A stretch of 64,000 nt of DNA from Eledone cirrhosa (lineage: Eukaryota), in the NCBI GenBank assembly GCA_964016885.1, contig OZ024753.1:36022001-36086000 (forward strand), read 5' to 3'. Under the pieces are notes generated by a model. That model made no database searches. It worked only from the letters and a program-made list of their open reading frames with translations, and was not told the DNA's origin. Position numbers and translations under genes: made by a program. The first letter of the stretch is position 1. Each line of letters begins with the position of its first letter. Shown here in pieces: positions 62,401 to 64,000 of this stretch.

Positions 62401-63174
62401 GAGATCAGACAGGGCAGTGTCCCAGGGTCCCATAACTTACACACATACATGACCCTAGTCCATTGAGAGATCTGACAGGGCAGTGTACCAGGGTCCCATA
62501 ACTTACACACATACATGGCCCTAGTCTATTGAGAGATCAGACAGGGCAGTGTCCCAGGGTCCCATAACTTACACACATACATGGCCCTAGTCCATTGAGA
62601 CATCAGACAGGGCAGTGTCCCAGGGTCCCATAACTTACACACATACATGACCCTAGTCCATTGAGAGATCTGACAGGGCAGTGTACCAGGGTCCCATAAC
62701 TTACACACATACATGACCCTAGTCCATTGAGAGATCTGACAGGGCAGTGTACCAGGGTCCCATAACTTACACACATACATGGCCCTAGTCTATTGAGAGA
62801 TCAGACAGGGCAGTGTCCCTGGGTTCCATAACTTACACACATACATGACCCTAGTCCATTGAGAGATCTGACAGGGCAGTGTACCAGGGTCCCATAACTT
62901 ACACACATACATGACCCTAGTCCATTGAGAGATCAGACAGGGCAGTGTCCCAGGGTCCCATAACTTACACACATACATGACCCTAGGCTACTGGTGCTAT
63001 ATTTTGAAGAGAATTAAACTCTACATAAATATTGAGATTAAAATGACATCTTACCCTCACAAGTACCATTACGAGTTAATATCTGGCCCATTGGACAATA
63101 GCATTGTGCTCCAAATGGTGTCTGGAGACATCTGTATATACAGCCACCATTATTATACCGACAAGAATTAGAAT
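995..63174 (-). CDS. LRP2: LRP2/megalin-like endocytic receptor, internal part (35 exons, ~1,829 aa; gene extends beyond both window ends)
   Basis: Spliced reading gives EGF-cbEGF, 4x(YWTD propeller+EGF), 10 LDLa, EGF-cbEGF. This layout fits LRP1 or LRP2. Segments [21 protein letters not shown] and [24 protein letters not shown] match my recollection of megalin rather than LRP1. All introns are GT-AG with consistent phases. Confidence 0.88.
1155..1610. repeat. degenerate CA-rich repeat
   Basis: acacatgcacacaa-like units. Confidence 0.9.
2266..2391 (-). CDS. LRP2: window exon 34, EGF-like
   Basis: [31 protein letters not shown]. Confidence 0.93.
2642..3530. repeat. 12-bp minisatellite (AGGAAGTGTGTT)n
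   Basis: Direct inspection. Confidence 0.97.
3593..3683 (+). ncRNA. hammerhead-like motif with long stem II
   Basis: acatat-CTGAGGA-(~60 nt)-GAAA-catatg-TA-atatgt; 6-bp stem I, palindromic stem III; truncated sister copy at ~19115-19203. Confidence 0.62.
3975..4760 (+). mobile_element. 3' fragment of an RLE-type LINE (R4/Dong-like)
   Basis: CCHC knuckle ([11 protein letters not shown]), RHD, RPD..ID and K..KY restriction-like endonuclease motifs; frameshifted. Confidence 0.8.
4768..4960 (-). mobile_element. tRNA-derived SINE family A (representative of ~17 copies)
   Basis: A box TGGCAGTATCGG, B box GAGTTCAAATCC, ATT tail, TSDs. Other copies near 731, 9200, 21031, 32694, 33853, 34027, 38247, 39451, 44665, 44843, 49370, 53716, 54281, 57682, 58059, 63236. 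Confidence 0.88.
4987..5109 (-). CDS. LRP2: window exon 33, LDLa 10
   Basis: [30 protein letters not shown]. Confidence 0.93.
5452..5509 (-). ncRNA. hammerhead-like motif
   Basis: atac-CTGATGA-tatcaccgg..ctggtcatt-GAAA-tgatca-TA-gtat; stem II base imperfect. Confidence 0.6.
5702..5857. mobile_element. Tc1/Tigger-like MITE inside (TA)n
   Basis: cagtgaaattttgttataacg .. ttataacaaattttacct inverted ends. Confidence 0.6.
6460..6582 (-). CDS. LRP2: window exon 32, LDLa 9
   Basis: [32 protein letters not shown]. Confidence 0.93.
6931..7185 (-). CDS. LRP2: window exon 31, LDLa 7-8
   Basis: [13 protein letters not shown] and [13 protein letters not shown]. Confidence 0.93.
7240..8117 (+). mobile_element. 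non-autonomous Helitron
   Basis: A|TC start (tctgtatatataaaa), subterminal hairpin cctgtgcaacgccggg, CTAG|T end, no TSD. Confidence 0.75.
8686..9166. repeat. 13-bp minisatellite (ATTATGTGAGATA)n inside a piggyBac-like MITE
   Basis: Flanks continue the MITE sequence. Confidence 0.92.
9449..9574 (-). CDS. LRP2: window exon 30, LDLa 6
   Basis: [32 protein letters not shown]. Confidence 0.93.
9686..10040 (-). mobile_element. RTE LINE fragment
   Basis: [31 protein letters not shown]. Confidence 0.82.
10373..10471 (-). CDS. LRP2: window exon 29, LDLa 5
   Basis: [30 protein letters not shown]. Confidence 0.92.
10740..11500. repeat. 84-bp minisatellite
   Basis: ~6 homogeneous plus ~3 diverged units. 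Confidence 0.92.
11550..11699 (-). CDS. LRP2: window exon 28, LDLa 4
   Basis: [29 protein letters not shown]. Confidence 0.92.
12000..13890. repeat. 31-bp minisatellite inside a hAT-like MITE
   Basis: gtgacccatgtggccctcagacaacacatat units. Confidence 0.95.
14095..14625 (-). mobile_element. CR1-clade LINE 3' end with duplicated 3'UTR and (ATT)n tails
   Basis: [25 protein letters not shown] motif. Confidence 0.8.
14863..14985 (-). CDS. LRP2: window exon 27, LDLa 3
   Basis: [28 protein letters not shown]. Confidence 0.92.
15118..17725. repeat. 45-bp minisatellite, apparently RTE-ORF-derived
   Basis: [15 protein letters not shown] unit runs into an RTE-like C-terminus at 17725-17965. Confidence 0.92.
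18283..18399 (-). CDS. LRP2: window exon 26, LDLa 2
   Basis: [24 protein letters not shown]. Confidence 0.93.
18565..19020 (+). mobile_element. RTE LINE 3' fragment, short-tail subfamily
   Basis: Homologous to 52008-52518; other pieces at 5190-5362 (-), 25345-25480 (+), 37990-38187 (-). Confidence 0.85.
19736..19987 (-). CDS. LRP2: window exon 25, EGF + LDLa 1
   Basis: [39 protein letters not shown]. Confidence 0.93.
20051..20210 (+). mobile_element. tRNA-derived SINE family B (representative)
   Basis: tggcttagtggttag..gagttcaattc..ccttgagcaagacactt; copies at ~1690-1880 (-), 8131-8320 (+), 43350-43495 (-), 50190-50285 (-). Confidence 0.75.
20573..20680 (-). CDS. LRP2: window exon 24, end of propeller D
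   Basis: [14 protein letters not shown]; weaker acceptor (cataaag), phase 1-1. Confidence 0.82.
21764..23985 (+). mobile_element. 5'-truncated near-intact RTE-clade LINE
   Basis: Frame starts at the APE end motif GSDH, has one TAG at 21850, then RT motifs ([32 protein letters not shown]); (TAGA)n tail starts at the stop; TSD tatatccac at 21755-21763 and 23986-23994. Confidence 0.92.
21970..23976 (+). CDS. LINE reverse transcriptase ORF (668 aa, endonuclease truncated)
   Basis: ORF track; complete set of non-LTR RT motifs. Confidence 0.85.
   Translation: MTRRYGHFTNAVAKASETLVPRKKNKGKHVSSANPKVCAAREHLKAARDQFYADPTEERMETVEVMREELCTAYTEVREEALIEKIRSVERAVDRSGCKESWMIINEITGRKKRCSSQIQGTGPEDRKRKWLDHFRTLLGEPPSTAQSTGEIRRLFEELDVETEPFTREELQRAKKKIKEGKAHGEDGVASEVMKRCDFDDIILGFCNGALEKGVAPNQWRISNIVPVPKKGDLSNTNNYRGISLTSLVAKTLNRMILNRIQPEMEKKLRDNQNGFREGRSTTSHILMLRRILEGARAKCLPAVMVFIDFRKAFDSVDRYCLMKILQAYGIPKRMVDLISLLYTNTKAQVITPDGMTEFFEILAGVLQGDTLAPYLFIIVVDYCMRLALEKHQDSGFTVAPAQSRRVGAKKVSDAEFADDIVLVTNTVKEAEDLMREVETVSMSVGLRMNETKTKYLVENVEKPEGITNVGGKPLELVEDFLYLGAKIGNTEDDVVERKCKAWAACHSLRSVWKSDLRRDLKVRLFIAVVESVLLYGSETWTLTKKLTQMVDGCYTRMLRMALNFNQYTLRMKNSELYGSIPKVSSKVTQRRLRLTGHAHRHPELTLHSVLLWEPLHGHTRRGRPRLTYVDALRTDTGLLEMQDMAAIMRDRDRWRELVYGSREFYPP
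25775..28025 (-). repeat. 8 tandem copies of the 3' end of exon 23 plus donor, spaced by (GAT)n(GT)n
   Basis: Unit gtcagattagtttggttaacttacc..ggggtgct matches 28028-28118. Confidence 0.93.
27053..27921 (-). mobile_element. RTE LINE 3' fragment with long 3' region and (GAT)n tail
   Basis: [31 protein letters not shown]; related pieces at 19204-19610 (+), 37461-37953 (+), 48937-49300 (-). Confidence 0.85.
28052..28173 (-). CDS. LRP2: window exon 23, propeller D
   Basis: [24 protein letters not shown]; phase 2-1. Confidence 0.9.
28240..28762. repeat. GGT/GAT low-complexity repeat
   Basis: Fills the intron between exons 22 and 23. Confidence 0.9.
28770..28934 (-). CDS. LRP2: window exon 22, propeller D
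   Basis: [30 protein letters not shown]; phase 2-2. Confidence 0.92.
28985..29742. repeat. 32/29-bp G-rich minisatellite
   Basis: agagtggtgatgggtgagaggggtgtggttat. Confidence 0.92.
29838..30145. repeat. 48-bp minisatellite
   Basis: cacccagtacactctgtaaagtg.. units; similar motif in reverse at ~43290-43323. Confidence 0.88.
30208..32097. repeat. 33/31-bp minisatellite
   Basis: gactgtgaccacgatgggacagtgtcttcatta. Confidence 0.95.
32362..32521 (-). CDS. LRP2: window exon 21, propeller D
   Basis: [22 protein letters not shown]; phase 1-2. Confidence 0.92.
33197..33436 (-). CDS. LRP2: window exon 20, start of propeller D
   Basis: [20 protein letters not shown]; phase 1-1. Confidence 0.9.
34193..34385. 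mobile_element. mariner-like MITE
   Basis: aaaagtttacaggctgac / gtcaacctatgaactttt inverted termini. Confidence 0.5.
34453..34581 (-). CDS. LRP2: window exon 19, EGF-like
   Basis: [25 protein letters not shown]; phase 1-1. Confidence 0.92.
35787..35895 (-). CDS. LRP2: window exon 18, end of propeller C
   Basis: [20 protein letters not shown]; phase 0-1. Confidence 0.9.
36000..36180 (+). mobile_element. degenerate RTE LINE fragment
   Basis: [22 protein letters not shown]. Confidence 0.6.
36261..36374 (-). CDS. LRP2: window exon 17, propeller C (frame absent from the ORF track)
   Basis: [38 protein letters not shown]; tag|..|gtttg, phase 0-0; supplies the otherwise missing blade. Confidence 0.9.
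37097..37171 (+). ncRNA. hammerhead-like motif with branched stem II
   Basis: tatttcat-CTGATGA-..-GAAA-ccttgg-GTA-atggaata; 8-bp stem I with one G.U. Confidence 0.55.
38741..38909 (-). CDS. LRP2: window exon 16, propeller C
   Basis: [21 protein letters not shown]; phase 2-0. Confidence 0.92.
38921..39190. repeat. GAA/GAAAAA polypurine tract (similar tract at 32200-32340)
   Basis: Direct inspection. Confidence 0.9.
39249..39384 (-). CDS. LRP2: window exon 15, propeller C
   Basis: [22 protein letters not shown]; phase 1-2. Confidence 0.9.
40205..40919. repeat. 60-bp minisatellite made from the piggyBac-like MITE right end
   Basis: ~12 units ending in the intact TIR aatgctaaagggttaa. Confidence 0.93.
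41230..42310 (-). repeat. 123-bp minisatellite inside an RTE LINE fragment
   Basis: [24 protein letters not shown] unit; flanks read [14 protein letters not shown] and RPRGRPR. Confidence 0.88.
42377..42559 (-). CDS. LRP2: window exon 14, propeller C
   Basis: [19 protein letters not shown]; phase 1-1. Confidence 0.9.
43926..44027 (-). CDS. LRP2: window exon 13, start of propeller C
   Basis: [29 protein letters not shown]; phase 1-1. Confidence 0.88.
44113..44152 (+). ncRNA. minimal hammerhead motif in a ~190-bp dispersed repeat (degenerate copies at 1902-1943 and 36465-36503)
   Basis: tca-CTGATGA-t-gtcaca(gtta)tgtgac-GAAA-gaac-TC-tga; flanks shared among the three loci. Confidence 0.6.
44456..44584 (-). 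CDS. LRP2: window exon 12, EGF-like
   Basis: [28 protein letters not shown]; phase 1-1. Confidence 0.92.
45067..45292 (-). CDS. LRP2: window exon 11, end of propeller B
   Basis: [17 protein letters not shown]; phase 0-1. Confidence 0.9.
46014..46188 (-). CDS. LRP2: window exon 10, propeller B
   Basis: [24 protein letters not shown]; phase 2-0. Confidence 0.92.
47684..47937 (-). CDS. LRP2: window exon 9, propeller B
   Basis: [26 protein letters not shown]; phase 0-2. Confidence 0.9.
48734..48897 (-). CDS. LRP2: window exon 8, start of propeller B
   Basis: [23 protein letters not shown]; phase 1-0. Confidence 0.88.
51049..51095 (-). ncRNA. type I hammerhead ribozyme motif (inverted copy, sense to LRP2)
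   Basis: Reverse complement of 51483-51529 with one stem II loop change. Confidence 0.85.
51483..51529 (+). ncRNA. type I hammerhead ribozyme motif (minimal, palindromic stem III)
   Basis: tgct-CTGATGA-ttccaga(caaccc)tctggaa-GAAA-caattg-TC-agca: complete core, stems I and II perfectly paired, GUC cleavage triplet. Confidence 0.85.
51654..51706 (-). ncRNA. hammerhead-like motif, different family
   Basis: ctgc-CTGATGA-ggtcacagcca(ataa)tggctgtcact-GAAA-tatata-TA-acag; one mismatch at the base of stem I. Confidence 0.65.
52008..52518 (-). mobile_element. RTE LINE 3' fragment, short-tail subfamily
   Basis: [29 protein letters not shown], (GAT)n tail. Confidence 0.88.
52702..52827 (-). CDS. LRP2: window exon 7, EGF-like
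   Basis: [28 protein letters not shown]; phase 1-1. Confidence 0.92.
53984..54161 (-). CDS. LRP2: window exon 6, end of propeller A
   Basis: [21 protein letters not shown]; phase 0-1. Confidence 0.92.
54570..55200 (-). mobile_element. CRE-like RLE LINE 3' fragment with internal 79-bp tandem expansion
   Basis: [34 protein letters not shown]; ~5 copies of the 79-bp unit at ~54675-55075. Confidence 0.7.
55487..55702. mobile_element. hAT-like MITE, unexpanded parent of the 31-bp satellite
   Basis: TIR caggtatgtcaaac..gtttaacatgcctg; homologous in reverse to 11900-13915. Confidence 0.72.
55792..56020 (-). CDS. LRP2: window exon 5, YWTD propeller A
   Basis: [22 protein letters not shown]; phase 2-0. 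Confidence 0.92.
56480..56664 (-). CDS. LRP2: window exon 4, YWTD propeller A
   Basis: [24 protein letters not shown]; phase 0-2. Confidence 0.92.
56770..57432. repeat. ~59-bp minisatellite
   Basis: gtggtagcagcctgcatcagacgtaaagagagagtagtagtatgagagtcataataaca. Confidence 0.93.
58755..58969 (-). CDS. LRP2: window exon 3, YWTD propeller A
   Basis: [17 protein letters not shown]; cag|..|gtaag, phase 1-0. Confidence 0.9.
59551..59779 (+). mobile_element. TTAA-flanked piggyBac-like MITE (representative)
   Basis: TIR CCCTTTAGCATTTA..TAAATGCTAAAGGG with TTAA; copies near 18029, 35158, 46270-46645, 47961, 52982-53390, 56122. Confidence 0.82.
59950..60072 (-). CDS. LRP2: window exon 2, Ca-binding EGF
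   Basis: [31 protein letters not shown]; cag|..|gtgag. Confidence 0.92.
60195..62985. repeat. 66-bp minisatellite (~42 units)
   Basis: ccctagtccattgagagatcagacagggcagtgtcccagggtcccataacttacacacatacatga. Confidence 0.96.
63055..63174 (-). CDS. LRP2: window exon 1, EGF-like
   Basis: [39 protein letters not shown]; aag|..|gtaag, phase 1-1. Confidence 0.9.
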
Positions 63175-64000
63175 CTTTAGAAAATAAAATAAAATAAAAT
63201 ATAATATAATAAATAAATAAATAACAATTGCAACAATAATAATGGTTTCTTATTTAGGCACAAGGCCAACAATTTTGTGGGAGGGCAAAGTCGATTAAAT
63301 TAGCCCCAGTGCCGCGAAGCATGTTGTCCAGCGCTTTAACGATACTGCCAAATAATTGTTTCTACTTTAGACACAAGGTCAGCAATGTCGATTAAATCGA
63401 CCCCAGTGTATTACTGGTGCTTTATTTTATCAACGCTTAAAAAAAAAAAAAAAAAAAAAAATTTTAACTCAATAAGCTATTAGGATGGGATATAGAGTAA
63501 AGATTTCGATAGTAAAGATTTTTTTTCATATAAGTCTCTCTCCGTAAGTTCGTTAAATAAATAAATCTCGCTACCTCTATTTTTCAATTTACCATTTTGC
63601 AATATTTTTTTAACTTAATTGTTTTTTAACTTAATTGTTTAATATATTTTTAATTTAATTTATTTCATCCTATAACTCACAACATAAGTTTAGCGTTCCA
63701 ATCTTCGGGTCACACATTAGACCATACAGACACCCACTATAGATTCTTTGGGTAGCATTCTTTTAGCGGCATTTTCTAACATGAATGTATTTTGACCCTT
63801 ACACTACACTTCTTTCTCCCTTTCTTTCTTTCTTTCTTCCCCATCTTCTTTGACGGGTGGTGGTAGTACATGATAGGCCTGCGCCCCCTTACCAGATGTT
63901 CACTGTTAGTTTTTCGGTTGCCAACACTTTGAGGGCAGCTGGCTGTGAAGCTAGTTGGTCAGCCGCCTTCTCTGTCTCTGGTTTCTCGGACCCATGGTTT

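Noticed and set aside
60282-62978. Series of [10 protein letters not shown] ORFs
   Set aside because: Translation of the 66-bp satellite with recurrent stops

Overview
AT-rich, repeat-dense animal DNA. The repeat families suggest an octopus or other coleoid cephalopod, which is inference. The whole window lies inside one large minus-strand gene, LRP2/megalin-like. I resolved 35 GT-AG exons (5,487 nt, about 1,829 codons) with mutually compatible phases. They encode EGF-EGF, four YWTD beta-propeller/EGF units, a 10-repeat LDLa cluster (cluster III) and EGF-cbEGF; the start and stop codons lie outside the window. Introns carry tRNA-derived SINEs, RTE, CR1, R4-like and CRE-like LINE pieces (one near-intact RTE), piggyBac-, hAT- and Tc1-type MITEs, a non-autonomous Helitron and many minisatellites. 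Most unusual: (1) about 9 type-I hammerhead-ribozyme motifs from several families, including a perfect pair in the arms of a ~177-bp inverted repeat; (2) many minisatellites traceable to a short segment of the transposon they sit in; (3) an 8-copy array of the 3' end of an LRP2 exon with its splice donor; (4) strong orientation and splice-site-proximity bias of one SINE family. All coordinates were read by eye; exon edges are more exact than repeat edges.
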